Shown here: positions 34,990 through 44,486 of the stretch, piece by piece
Numbering within the stretch: the first letter of the stretch is position 1
How the letters are laid out: every line of letters starts with the position of its first letter
Assembly (NCBI GenBank): GCA_964615655.1
Contig: CAZTQO010000018.1
Location: 854-64,853, forward strand
DNA length: 64,000 nt
Source: an uncultured Candidatus Obscuribacterales bacterium
GTDB lineage: Bacteria > Cyanobacteriota > Vampirovibrionia > Obscuribacterales > Obscuribacteraceae
Direction of reading: 5' to 3'
Translations under genes and position numbers: made by a program
Notes under the pieces: model-generated
What the model was told of the DNA's origin: nothing
Database searches by the model: none
Seen by the model: the letters and a program-made list of their open reading frames with translations, nothing else

Positions 34990-35931
34990 ATGGCAGATAA
35001 CGTTACTAATGAAGAAGTGGTGCAGAATTCGGAAGCCGGAAGCGAAAGCAGCGATAATGCGACTCAGGCACTATCGAATTTGCTCAATGAAGTAAACAAC
35101 GAAAGAATGAACCAGGCTGGAAACGCTACAGATAATGCTCAACAGGGTAGCTTATCGAATCTTGCAAATGTGTTGCAGAACTCGGCCGAAGGGCTTGCCA
35201 ATGACAGGCAGCAGAGCCCACGCAATAGTGAAAGTCTCGGAAATGCTCTCAAGGAATTGTTGAATAACAGCCAGGGCAGTGCAACTGATAGAGCTCAAAA
35301 TGGTGCAGAAAAAGCCATTGATAAGAACCAATTACCGTCTGAGGCAATCGGCAAGCTCAGAGATCAGATCAAGGACGGCAGTGGTATCGGCGGCATTCTG
35401 GAAAAGTTTGCCAAAAAAGATGGCGTCAAAGAACTCCCGACCGGTGATTATCTTGTAAGGCAGGACGGCAAAGAAACACTGTTCACACCGAATGGCGACC
35501 GTGTAAGCGTAAATCCGGATGGCACCCTTGATGTGAAGGGTGATGTCAAATCGGTCAAACAGGACAAGAATGGGGAAACAACCATTACCTTTGGTGACGG
35601 CTCCAAAGTAACCGTAGACAAAGAAGGCATTTTGAATGTGAGCCGCGGCAACGAAAGCGTCAGCTTCCCGCGTTTCCGCCAGCAAGAGCGGATAAACCCA
35701 GGTCACTTAAAACCATTGCCGACTGACGGCAGCCGCGGTGGCGGTGGTGGCGGCGGCGGCGGCAAGGGCGGCGGCAAGGAAATTCAAGGTGATAGCCACC
35801 CTGGCGAAAAGGAAAGCACCAAGCCCCATAACACTGAACGTTTGGAAAAGCCGGCAGTATTCGAGAATCTGAAGCCTCTGACAAAGCCGCCGGTAAATGC
35901 GTTGCCCGAGCTTGAAATCAAAAAGCGCTAG
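34990..35931 (+). CDS. Hypothetical protein, paralogue A (disordered N/Q/S-rich N-terminus, conserved ~85-aa beta-rich module, poly-Gly, basic tail)
   Basis: AGGAGG RBS. KELPTGDYLVRQDGKETLFTPNGDRVSVNPDGTLDVKGDV...TITFGDGSKVTVDKEGILNVSRGNESVSF followed by GGGGGGGGKGGGK. Confidence 0.6.
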   Translation: MADNVTNEEVVQNSEAGSESSDNATQALSNLLNEVNNERMNQAGNATDNAQQGSLSNLANVLQNSAEGLANDRQQSPRNSESLGNALKELLNNSQGSATDRAQNGAEKAIDKNQLPSEAIGKLRDQIKDGSGIGGILEKFAKKDGVKELPTGDYLVRQDGKETLFTPNGDRVSVNPDGTLDVKGDVKSVKQDKNGETTITFGDGSKVTVDKEGILNVSRGNESVSFPRFRQQERINPGHLKPLPTDGSRGGGGGGGGGKGGGKEIQGDSHPGEKESTKPHNTERLEKPAVFENLKPLTKPPVNALPELEIKKR

Positions 35932-36198
35932 AAACAGGCGTTAGGCCAAAGAAAGGCGCAATAAACCAGCAAAAGAGGAGTGGATTACGCTCCTCTTTTG
36001 CCTATGTCAGAGCGACAAAGAAGACCGACTGCATAATTAAGTAGCTGCAGCTGTCTAATAGAGCGGGTCAAAAAGGTGCGGGAAACCGTAATAAGAAATC
36101 GATCATTTTTGCATAATGCTCTGCATGGAAGGACGAGTTTTCTGAGGCAAGCGGCAGTTCTGCCGGGCGCTCTTGAGTTGGATTGGAGGTCTTTAGTA

Positions 36199-37026
36199 AT
36201 GGCTGATGACGTAAATAGCAAGAATGTGGAACAGGTCGAGAAGCAGGAGCAGGGTGGAAATACCGGCCCTGAAGATGCTTTTCGCAATGAAGCCTTTAAC
36301 AGTGACAGCTCAGCACTTGCAGCTGCAATGGAAGGAGCAAAGACCGGTGCATCTTCGCTGCCGGGGCTCGAGCTCAAGATTGATAAGAATGGCGAAAGCT
36401 TCGAAATGAAGGAAGAAATCAAATTGCAATCTGGGCAGCTAAAGCACGGTGAAGGCAAGCTCGGCGATAAAGACGGAAAGTGGCAGCAAGGCGGAATGAA
36501 GCACGGTGAAGCTCTGCAAAAGGGCGACAAGCTTGACTTTGGTGACAAAGATTTCGGCAAGAAAATGGCTGAAGCTTTTGAAAAAGAAGGAGTTGAAAAA
36601 CTTCCGACCGGCGATCATATAGTTAGAGAAGACGGCAAAGAATCGCTTTTTACACCAAATGGTGATCGGATTACAATCAATCCTGATGGATCACACGTGA
36701 TCAAAGGTGATGTAGCAAAAGTTGAAACCGGCAAGGACGGCACTACAACAGTAACTTTCGGTGACGGTGCTCAAGTATCATTTGACCAGGATGGATTCCT
36801 CTCAGTGCAGCGCGGCAATCAGGGTGTTGCCTTTGGTCGGCCGGGGAAGCTGAATATTCCCAAAGATCCGTTTGAACCAGGTTTTCCGGGTAAGGGCGGC
36901 GGCGGCATGGGAGGTGGCGGCAAGTGGGAAACCCCTCCCGGCAAGTGGGAGCTTCCTCCGAGCGAAAAATTTAAGCCGCTTCTAAAAGGCGAGCAGCTCG
37001 AACATTTGCTGAAGCAGACGAACTAG
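36199..37026 (+). CDS. Hypothetical protein, paralogue B of 34990-35931
   Basis: GGAGG RBS before ATG 36199 (track start 36076). EKLPTGDHIVREDGKESLFTPNGDRITINPDGSHVIKGDV...TVTFGDGAQVSFDQDGFLSVQRGNQGVAF followed by KGGGGMGGGGK. Confidence 0.6.
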   Translation: MADDVNSKNVEQVEKQEQGGNTGPEDAFRNEAFNSDSSALAAAMEGAKTGASSLPGLELKIDKNGESFEMKEEIKLQSGQLKHGEGKLGDKDGKWQQGGMKHGEALQKGDKLDFGDKDFGKKMAEAFEKEGVEKLPTGDHIVREDGKESLFTPNGDRITINPDGSHVIKGDVAKVETGKDGTTTVTFGDGAQVSFDQDGFLSVQRGNQGVAFGRPGKLNIPKDPFEPGFPGKGGGGMGGGGKWETPPGKWELPPSEKFKPLLKGEQLEHLLKQTN

Positions 37027-37084
37027 GATTTAACTAAGAACAAGAACTCAAGAAAGAGCACCGGCAATTTTGTCGGCGCTCTTG

Positions 37085-38389
37085 CTATATGCGGCCTGCA
37101 AGCTGCGCTGCCTGGTAAACAGGCTTGCCTTTATATATGGTGCAAACCACCCTGGTTTTCAATTCCTTTTGATTCCAGGGAGAATTATGTGAGCGCGAAT
37201 AACCATTCTTGCTGTCATAAATCCATTTGCAATCAGGATCAATAATACAAAGATTGGCTTTTGAGCCGCAATTAAGATTCGGCGCCGGAATTCCGAGTAT
37301 TTTTGCCGGTCCGTTAGTAAATAAATTGAAGAGTTGCATGCGATTAATATGACCGGCCTCTACCAACGTTGTGTATGAAACACTGAAAGCGGTTTCAAGA
37401 CCGGTGATTCCAAAAGGGGCGTCCCTGAAAGGAAGTGATTTCTCAAGCAAGGTATGCGGGGCGTGATCTGTTGCAATTGCCCCAATCGTCCCATCTTTGA
37501 TGCCTTTGATAATCGCCGCCCGATCCTCTTCTGTTCTTAAGGGCGGATTCATTTTCAAGTTAGTATCGTAATTCTCAAGCAAATCAACGCAGAGTGAAAG
37601 ATGATGCGGAGTTACATCGGCAGTTACCGGCAGTCCCTCCGACTGAGCGATTCTGACCTGCTCCACAGTTGGTGCGCATGAGATGTGCGTAAAATGATAA
37701 GGGCTGCGTGTTAGCCTGACTATTTCCAGTTCTCTTGCTACAGCAACAGTTTCGGATGCATAGGTTATTCCCTGTAAGCCCAGCGTGGTTGAAAGCACGC
37801 CTTCATGCATTGAACCGCCTGCTGCCAGGTCCAGATCTTCAGCGTGACTTATGATCACTTTACCGGTGAGTTTCACATACTCGAGTGCTCTTCTGAGTAC
37901 AACCAGATTTTGCACTGGTTTGCCGTCATCCGAAAAAGCAACTGCTCCTAGCTCGGCAAGCTCAACCATATTGGTGAGTTCCTGGCCCTGAAGTCCGCGG
38001 GTAACACTTGCAACCGGTAGAACTTCAATTACGGCGCTTCTTGCAATTTTTTGCAAATAAAGTGAGAAAGTAGTGCCGCTGTCGAGCACCGGGTCTGTAT
38101 TGGCCATAGCAACCACGGTCGTGAAGCCGCCTGCTGCTGCTGCTTTTGTACCGGTATGCAGATCTTCTTTGTCCTTCTGTCCCAGGTCACGCATATGTGT
38201 ATGCATATCTATCAAGCCGGGTGCCACCCACATACCTTTTGCATCGATTAGCTCTTCGTCTGCCTGGGCTGCAAGCTTGTCTGCGCGTTCAATGATCTGG
38301 TCTTCTTCAATGCGCAGGTCTTGCTTAATCTCTTTGTTTTGGAGCGTGTCGATCAGCAGGCCGTTCTTAATCAAAATCTTTCTGGTCAT
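37085..38389 (-). CDS. pyrC: Dihydroorotase
   Basis: 434 aa. GLIDMHTHMRD, ISHAED, TDHAPH. Start overlaps the pyrB stop by 1 nt (TGATG). Confidence 0.9.
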   Translation of the reverse strand: MTRKILIKNGLLIDTLQNKEIKQDLRIEEDQIIERADKLAAQADEELIDAKGMWVAPGLIDMHTHMRDLGQKDKEDLHTGTKAAAAGGFTTVVAMANTDPVLDSGTTFSLYLQKIARSAVIEVLPVASVTRGLQGQELTNMVELAELGAVAFSDDGKPVQNLVVLRRALEYVKLTGKVIISHAEDLDLAAGGSMHEGVLSTTLGLQGITYASETVAVARELEIVRLTRSPYHFTHISCAPTVEQVRIAQSEGLPVTADVTPHHLSLCVDLLENYDTNLKMNPPLRTEEDRAAIIKGIKDGTIGAIATDHAPHTLLEKSLPFRDAPFGITGLETAFSVSYTTLVEAGHINRMQLFNLFTNGPAKILGIPAPNLNCGSKANLCIIDPDCKWIYDSKNGYSRSHNSPWNQKELKTRVVCTIYKGKPVYQAAQLAGRI

Positions 38390-39447
38390 CAGTTTTCTCC
38401 GAGCAGCAGATAAAGAACAGCCATTCTTACAGCGACTCCGTTTGCAACCTGAGTTCGCACCAGCGATTTTTCCAGGTCGTCGGCCAATCCGTGAGCTATC
38501 TCAATGTCTCGATTCATCGGACCGGGATGAAAAACTCTTACCGAAGGGCTTGCAAGCTGCAAGCGCGGCTGGTCGAGCCTGTAAAGACGCTTGTACTCAC
38601 CGATGCTGGGAATCAGGCCCTGCTGCTGCCTTTCAAGTTGCAAACGCAGCACCATCACAAATTCGGCATCTTCAATAGCAGATTCAAGTCTTGTGTGAAT
38701 TTTTACTCCCAGCTTATACAACTCCGGAGGAAGCAGTGTTGGAGGACCTGCCACATGAATGTCGGCCCCCATTTGTTTTAGAAGCCAGATGTTTGAACGG
38801 GCGACCCGGCTATGCGTGATATCGCCGATAATGGCAACTTTCACGCCTTTAAGATGACCGCGAATTTCCCACATCGTGAAGTAATCAAGCAGGGCCTGGG
38901 TTGGATGACCGTTCCAGCCGTCGCCTGCATTCACCACATGTACTTCATGACCGAACTCGTTTGCTATTTGCAGCGCTGAGCCTGAGGCCTGATGGCGCTG
39001 TACCAGACAGTCTACAGCCATGGCTGTAAGGGTTCTGCCGGTGTCGATAATGGTTTCGCCTTTGGCAACCGATGACGAAGCTATATCCACATTGATAACA
39101 GTGGCGCCGAGTCTTTTGGCTGCAAGCTCAAAGCTGCTTCTTGTTCTAGTTGAGTTTTCATAGAATAAATTTGCAACTGTTTTTCTTGCAAGTAACATTT
39201 GCGGGCCATCTTGCGAAGCCACCATATCCTTACAAATGGCAGCTGCTTTCAAAAGCGCTTCAAGCTCAACGGGGCTTAGATCTTTGGTGTCGAGCAAATG
39301 TCGCCGTTTGCGCCAGAGCTCCACGCCCGGCTCGCTCAGCTCAATAAGTTCTTTCCCCTTTTTTGAAAGAGAAAAAATTGAAGAAATGTGATCAGACATG
39401 CAAAATGCCTCAATGCACTCTTTAGCATTATATGTACTTGTCATCAA
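38389..39447 (-). CDS. pyrB: Aspartate carbamoyltransferase catalytic subunit, with a ~45-aa N-terminal extension if the first Met is used
   Basis: NSTRTRSSFELAAKRLG, HPTQALLD, HPGP. No pyrI or pyrR nearby. Confidence 0.9.
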   Translation of the reverse strand: MMTSTYNAKECIEAFCMSDHISSIFSLSKKGKELIELSEPGVELWRKRRHLLDTKDLSPVELEALLKAAAICKDMVASQDGPQMLLARKTVANLFYENSTRTRSSFELAAKRLGATVINVDIASSSVAKGETIIDTGRTLTAMAVDCLVQRHQASGSALQIANEFGHEVHVVNAGDGWNGHPTQALLDYFTMWEIRGHLKGVKVAIIGDITHSRVARSNIWLLKQMGADIHVAGPPTLLPPELYKLGVKIHTRLESAIEDAEFVMVLRLQLERQQQGLIPSIGEYKRLYRLDQPRLQLASPSVRVFHPGPMNRDIEIAHGLADDLEKSLVRTQVANGVAVRMAVLYLLLGEN

Positions 39448-39693
39448 AAGGACCTGGCCGGAATCAGTTCTTCTTGCTGTGCTTTTTCAGCAGAGCCTGC
39501 TCTTGTCCTTTGATATGGGCTGTATATACAAAGTGCCTCTTGCGTATTTCCCGGTTAAATGCGCTTAAACAGAGCAGTTTGGTGGTTGCCAACAAGACAC
39601 TGTTCCCCTAATATGCTTTTAGCGTTGGCGTTTCGTCGCCTTCTATGTACGATACCGGTTGCCCTTCGGCAGTCGCACCTGGAGGTAAAAAAT

Positions 39694-39879
39694 ATGTCCG
39701 ATACCGAAACAGCTGCTGAACAAAGGACGACACGCAGCAATTTTGCAAGTCGTATGCTCACAAAAGAGCTGAACGTTCGCATGAAAACTACTCAAGAGAA
39801 CAAGATCAAGCCGTCGGACGCTGCTCAGTTTGCGACAAACCAGGAAGCCGAGACAAAAGAGTCGGTCAAGGTCAGCTAA
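39694..39879 (+). CDS. Hypothetical small hydrophilic protein (61 aa)
   Basis: GGAGG RBS 8 nt before ATG 39694 (the track ORF starts at 39559). No domain. Confidence 0.4.
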   Translation: MSDTETAAEQRTTRSNFASRMLTKELNVRMKTTQENKIKPSDAAQFATNQEAETKESVKVS

Positions 39880-39942
39880 GCAAGCAGGAATTCTTTCAAA
39901 TATCGCAGTGGCGGGGTCCGTTTGAGGGGCGTCGCCTTCTTA

Positions 39943-39960
39943 TATTGCCGGTATTGCCGG
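39943..39960. repeat. TATTGCCGG x2 tandem duplication
   Basis: Exact 9-bp units at 39943-39951 and 39952-39960, upstream of murF. Confidence 0.8.
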
Positions 39961-40048
39961 AATAATTCTTAGGTATCTTTGAGGGACTAAGGCTACAATG
40001 TCTCAGGCATCAGTCTGAACTTAGATTAGATCGACCCTGGAGAAATAA

Positions 40049-41434
40049 ATGACAGCCTTGTATTCGGGTGAAGAAATACTGGAAGTTTGCAAGGGGAGGC
40101 TGGCTTCCGGAATGATGCCCGAAGATGCCGGAGCCATTATCAGCGATAGCCGAATACTGGCAGAAGGTGACTGGTATATTGCTTTTTCGGGCGAAAAATT
40201 TGACGGGCATGATTTTCTAGGCGACGCATTCAGTGCTGGTGCACTCGGCGCTATTGTCGAAGAACGCCAGAACTACCCGATTGGAAACAAAGAGTTTCCT
40301 TTAATTTCGGTAGACGATACGCTTGCGGCCTATCATATGCTTGGACGCAACTGGAGGCGCAGAATCAGCCCCAGGGTCATAGGAATTACAGGTTCAAGCG
40401 GCAAAACCACTACTAAAGAAATGGCTGCCGCAGTTTTTTCTGAGTTCAGGCGCTGCCATTATTCTTTGAAAAATGAAAACAACGAGTTTGGAGTGCCGAA
40501 AACCCTGCTTTCAATGCCGGACGACACGCAGGTCGCAATCATAGAAATGGCAATGCGCGGGCTCGGTCAGATAGATCAACTTGCAAAATGTTCATGTCCT
40601 GACATAGGGATTATCACAAATGCTGGCACTGCTCATATCGAGCTTTTAGGAAGCAGGGAAAATATTGCAATTGCAAAATGCGAACTGCTCGAGAACCTGC
40701 ACAAAGAAAGGGGCGTGGGCATTCTCGGTAGTGATGATCCGGTTTTGCTTGAGAGAGCGTGCGCAGTTTTTTCAGGCAAGCTACTTGTATTTTCTGAAAA
40801 TGAAATTGAGAATGTTTCTGCAAATGAAGAGTGCACACGGTTTTCATTAAAAGGCAGTGGGCAGCTTTATGAAGTCAGGGCCCACGGTATGCCGCTTTTG
40901 TCAGATGCTTGGTGCGTTATAAAGGCCGCGCTTGAACTTGGCTTGTCAGAAACAGAAATCGCAAGCGGGCTTGCTCAATTCAAAGCTGTCGGCGGCCGCG
41001 GCAACAAAATAAAGACCGCAAGCGGGGTTCTGGTAATAGACGAAACCTATAATGCAAACCCTGAATCAGTAAAAGCAGCAGTTGAGGCTCTCAGTGATGC
41101 CAATGCATATCCTCAAAAGAAGAAATTTCTGGTTCTTGGAGACCTGCTTGAATTAGGAGTACAGGGACCTGCCTTGTTAGAAGAGCTTGGTGCTTATCTT
41201 GAACGCATGCCGCTCAATTTGCTGATTACTGTAGGTAATCTTGCAAGACATATTTACGCCGGTGCACAATCTGCGAAGTTTGAGGTTCTGCACTGCCAGG
41301 ACATGCAGCTTGCAGAAAAAGAGCTCAAAGCGCGAATGGACGGAGATACATGCATTCTTGTAAAAGGCTCAAGAGGCGCACGCCTGGATAAGCTTGTAGA
41401 CATGCTGCTTTCTCAACCGCTTGAAACTCTGTAA
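40049..41434 (+). CDS. murF: UDP-N-acetylmuramoyl-tripeptide--D-alanyl-D-alanine ligase
   Basis: GITGSSGKTTTKEM P-loop, ITNAGTAHIE, and a DETYNANPES-type C-domain. 461 aa. Confidence 0.9.
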   Translation: MTALYSGEEILEVCKGRLASGMMPEDAGAIISDSRILAEGDWYIAFSGEKFDGHDFLGDAFSAGALGAIVEERQNYPIGNKEFPLISVDDTLAAYHMLGRNWRRRISPRVIGITGSSGKTTTKEMAAAVFSEFRRCHYSLKNENNEFGVPKTLLSMPDDTQVAIIEMAMRGLGQIDQLAKCSCPDIGIITNAGTAHIELLGSRENIAIAKCELLENLHKERGVGILGSDDPVLLERACAVFSGKLLVFSENEIENVSANEECTRFSLKGSGQLYEVRAHGMPLLSDAWCVIKAALELGLSETEIASGLAQFKAVGGRGNKIKTASGVLVIDETYNANPESVKAAVEALSDANAYPQKKKFLVLGDLLELGVQGPALLEELGAYLERMPLNLLITVGNLARHIYAGAQSAKFEVLHCQDMQLAEKELKARMDGDTCILVKGSRGARLDKLVDMLLSQPLETL

Positions 41435-41552
41435 GCTCTGAGCTTATTAGCTATGCCCGGTCTGATTTCAACTGTGATCTTGACAGGGAATTCCATGTGC
41501 CTTACCCTGAAGTAAGGATATGGGGAAAGTGTAAGGGAGCGAGATAGAAACG

Positions 41553-41792
41553 ATGAGTATCGCAGTGCTTACAAGCAAAGGTCAGATAACGATTCCTGCT
41601 TCGGTGCGTCATCGACTGGGGCTGGAAGCCGGCGACCGCGTAGAATTTGTAGAGCTTGCCAGCGGTGAATTTGCAATTAAGCCAGCTGTGCAGGATCTGG
41701 CTGGCTTAAAAGGGTTGTTGAAAAAGCCAGAGTCTGATGTTTCAGTTGAGAATATGCGAGAGGCCATTCGGCGGCGTGGTGCTTCCAAGTGA
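41553..41792 (+). CDS. vapB: AbrB/SpoVT-fold antitoxin (VapB-type)
   Basis: SKGQITIPASVRHRLGLEAGDRVEF. Stop overlaps the GTG start of the PIN gene (GTGA). Confidence 0.8.
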   Translation: MSIAVLTSKGQITIPASVRHRLGLEAGDRVEFVELASGEFAIKPAVQDLAGLKGLLKKPESDVSVENMREAIRRRGASK

Positions 41793-42184
41793 TTGGAATT
41801 GATACAAACGTGCTTGTGCGTTATATAGCCCAGGATGATCCCGGACAGTCGGCAATTGCAACCAAGTTTGTTGAAAAGGAATGCACGGTTGAAAACCCGG
41901 GATTTATCGGTCTTGTTACCCTTGTGGAACTGGTCTGGGTCAGTGAAACCTGTTACGGCGCAAGCAAAGCCAATGTTCTGGCTTTGTTGCAGCAACTGCT
42001 CAGCACCAGGCAATTGATTGTGCAGGAGAGCGAAACGGTATGGAGAGCTGTCAAACTGTTTGAGGCGGGCCGTGCGGATTTTGCAGACTGTCTTGTAGAA
42101 AGGATAGCTGCTGCAAACGGTTGCTCGCTTACGGTAACTTTCGACAAGAAAGCTGCTAAAGCGAATATGAAATTGCTGAGCTGA
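41789..42184 (+). CDS. vapC: PIN-domain ribonuclease toxin (VapC-type)
   Basis: IGIDTNVLVRY (first acidic residue) and the later conserved D/E positions (ESE, ADFADC). 131 aa. Confidence 0.8.
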   Translation: MIGIDTNVLVRYIAQDDPGQSAIATKFVEKECTVENPGFIGLVTLVELVWVSETCYGASKANVLALLQQLLSTRQLIVQESETVWRAVKLFEAGRADFADCLVERIAAANGCSLTVTFDKKAAKANMKLLS

Positions 42185-42492
42185 GCTTTCCCAGCTAGGA
42201 CATTGCCAGCTCCATGCGATCGCCCTGATGCAATGCTCTATAAACCATGTTTCTGATTTCATTGGCCTCATTACCGGTGAGCGTTGCAACCGGATCGCAG
42301 ACAATAATCAGCTCAATTTGCGAGTGGGAAATATTCTCTTAGGTGCCTTATTTGTTGGCTCAAATACAATTGGATACTATCGCACACTTAGGCGCGAGTG
42401 AATTCCACAGTCACATATTGCAAGAATAATTCCCAGCACAATACCGATTACCTTCTTCATCTTATTCCTCGTTGCTTTCTAACACTGGTAAT

Positions 42493-43998
42493 TCAGGGTG
42501 TGCTTTCAACTAGCCATTTTGATAAATCGCCCTTGAGTTTTTTCATATCGGATTCGCGAGTGTACATCATGTGGCCGGCATCAAAATAATGGTGCTGTAC
42601 ACGAGCGAGCACCTCAGGCGGTGCGTCGAGCTGTGACAGAGACCAATCCGACGCGCTGAATGGCGTCCCCAGATCATAATAGCCACTGGCGACCAGTACT
42701 TTAAGATGAGGGTTGCGACGCAACGCCCGAGACAGGTCAGGACTGGTGCAGGTGTATGAATTACCTTTGCCCTCGCCGCGATTCCAGTTCCATTGCTTGT
42801 TCACTTCCATAGAAAATACCTCGTATCGTTCCTGAATGTCCACTCCAAGCTGTCCGCCCATATAAGCGTGAGCCGCCATTGTGTATGGAGCAAGTATTGA
42901 TTCTATTCCTGGGTCAAACTCCCAGTCTCTCGTGCGACTTGCCGCCATTGGTCCGGTGACACGCGCATCCAGACGACCGACGATTAAACCACGCTCGCGC
43001 AGCAGCTCGAAGAAAAACGTCTCGTCCCTGATGCGAAGATTCTTCTCTTCGACAAGCGCTGGAGAGAGTCCCGTGAGTTCCGCAACACGCTTGGCGATGC
43101 GACTACGCGCAGTTTTCGACAGTCGTGCTCCAGAGTGAAGCGCATTCAGGTACTCCTCCGCTACAAAGCTCTCGGCAGCATCCCGCGCTGCTGCGGGCGA
43201 ATCGGCAATCTTTCCCTTTAGCATTCCATGATACTGTGCAACCACTGCAAATCCTGGCAGGAATAAAGCATAAGGGAGGTCATTGCGGGGAGCAAACACT
43301 ATGCTTTGCAAATCCATTGCGCAAGACACAAGGATGAGTCCAGACAGCGCGACGCCATGCTCTTGCAACTTGTCGGCGATTGCTGCACCGCGCGTGGTGC
43401 CATAGCTCTCACCAGCCAAGTATACTTCCGATCCCCAACGGCGGTGGCGACCTAGCCATGAACGAATGCATTCGGCGAGAGCCTCCACATCGCCATCAAC
43501 GCCGAGCATCTTTTTGCGCGCGTCCTCGCTGGCAGTCATTGAGTAGCCGGTGTGTGGAGGATCGATAAATACAAGATCAAAATGCTCAAACCATGAATCG
43601 TTATTGTCGGTCACAGCATACGGAGGACGAGGCATTGTGCCATCATCGTTTACCACCACCCGCTTCGGACCAACCGCACCAATATGCAACCAAATTGAAG
43701 CAGAACCAGGTCCACCGTTGAAGACAAAACACACCGGACGCGCCTGGGCATTAGCGTCGTTCAGCAAATAAGAAGTAGTGAAAATTGCAGCTTCTGGTTC
43801 ACCGCGCTTATCATCCAGCCCGACGTTTTTCACTGGAATAAACTCGGCGATGGCAAGATATTTCATAGACTTGCCATTGAGTTTAGTGCTGCCGTCACTC
43901 TTGCAAGCGTCTTTCGAGAGCAGCTTGTCTACCTTCTCGCGAAGGCGCTTCTTGGATTCGTCGTTCTGTTTGTCCGTCTCTGCTTTGGATTCGCTCAT
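42493..43998 (-). CDS. Serine carboxypeptidase (peptidase S10 family)
   Basis: FNGGPGSAS, the GESYGT nucleophile motif and DAGHMM (catalytic His). 501 aa. Confidence 0.8.
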   Translation of the reverse strand: MSESKAETDKQNDESKKRLREKVDKLLSKDACKSDGSTKLNGKSMKYLAIAEFIPVKNVGLDDKRGEPEAAIFTTSYLLNDANAQARPVCFVFNGGPGSASIWLHIGAVGPKRVVVNDDGTMPRPPYAVTDNNDSWFEHFDLVFIDPPHTGYSMTASEDARKKMLGVDGDVEALAECIRSWLGRHRRWGSEVYLAGESYGTTRGAAIADKLQEHGVALSGLILVSCAMDLQSIVFAPRNDLPYALFLPGFAVVAQYHGMLKGKIADSPAAARDAAESFVAEEYLNALHSGARLSKTARSRIAKRVAELTGLSPALVEEKNLRIRDETFFFELLRERGLIVGRLDARVTGPMAASRTRDWEFDPGIESILAPYTMAAHAYMGGQLGVDIQERYEVFSMEVNKQWNWNRGEGKGNSYTCTSPDLSRALRRNPHLKVLVASGYYDLGTPFSASDWSLSQLDAPPEVLARVQHHYFDAGHMMYTRESDMKKLKGDLSKWLVESTP

Positions 43999-44143
43999 GA
44001 GTTCCGCTCTTCAGTCATTTAACTCCGCTATTATAAACGTGATGGCACCTTCTGGTGCGTCTGCTTGGGCGTTAGTTTTACTCTGGTGCGGACAGCCTGG
44101 TATACAATTGCAAGAATATTTCAATAGCTTTTGATGGCGAGGA

Positions 44144-44440
44144 GTGAGTGACAAACGGACGACCTTCAATGAAGTCGCCGAGCTATACGATAAAGTTAGA
44201 CCGCATTATCCAGAGCTGCTCTTTCAAGAGTTGGCGTCTCTGGCTCGCTTGCCGGCATCTGCGCGCATCTTAGAGATAGGTGCTGGTACCGGTATCGCAA
44301 CGGAACCATTGCTGCAAAAGGGGTATCAAGTGATCGCACTTGAACCTGGCGAGGAACTATCCCAATACTGTCAAGTTAATATCCTCAGTTTCGCGCCGAC
44401 AGGTTCAAGTCACAAAAGTGTCACAAATTTGTCCGGATAG
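44144..44440 (+). pseudogene. Truncated class I SAM-dependent methyltransferase (first ~75 aa only)
   Basis: FNEVAELYDKVRPHYP and ILEIGAGTGIAT (motif I), then VIALEPGEEL (post-I). Similarity then ends and a stop follows. GC drops sharply near 44390. Confidence 0.55.
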
Positions 44441-44486
44441 ATAAACGTCAGAAAGAGTAGATTGTTGTCAATGGGCAGGGGGTGCT

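Noticed and set aside
35985-36560. 191-aa minus-strand ORF (also 38073-38678 plus strand and 10020-10451 minus strand)
   Set aside because: They are antisense to well-supported genes (paralogue B, pyrC/pyrB and the secreted protein). The sequences are low-complexity S/P/C/L-rich or otherwise featureless.
39448-39693. PyrR-type attenuator upstream of pyrB
   Set aside because: Competing CTGCTG/CAGCAG hairpins exist, but I found neither the PyrR binding loop (UCCAGAGAGG-like) nor a U-tract terminator, and no pyrR gene is in the window.
41609-42304. 231-aa minus-strand ORF across vapBC
   Set aside because: It lies antisense to a textbook overlapping AbrB-antitoxin/PIN-toxin pair and has no motif support.
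44395-44425. tRNA-like T-loop strings (GGTTCAAGTC at about 44401; GGTTCGAAT at about 54930)
   Set aside because: The flanking bases cannot form the 5-bp T-stem or an acceptor stem, so there is no cloverleaf. Neither a tRNA nor a convincing att fragment is present.
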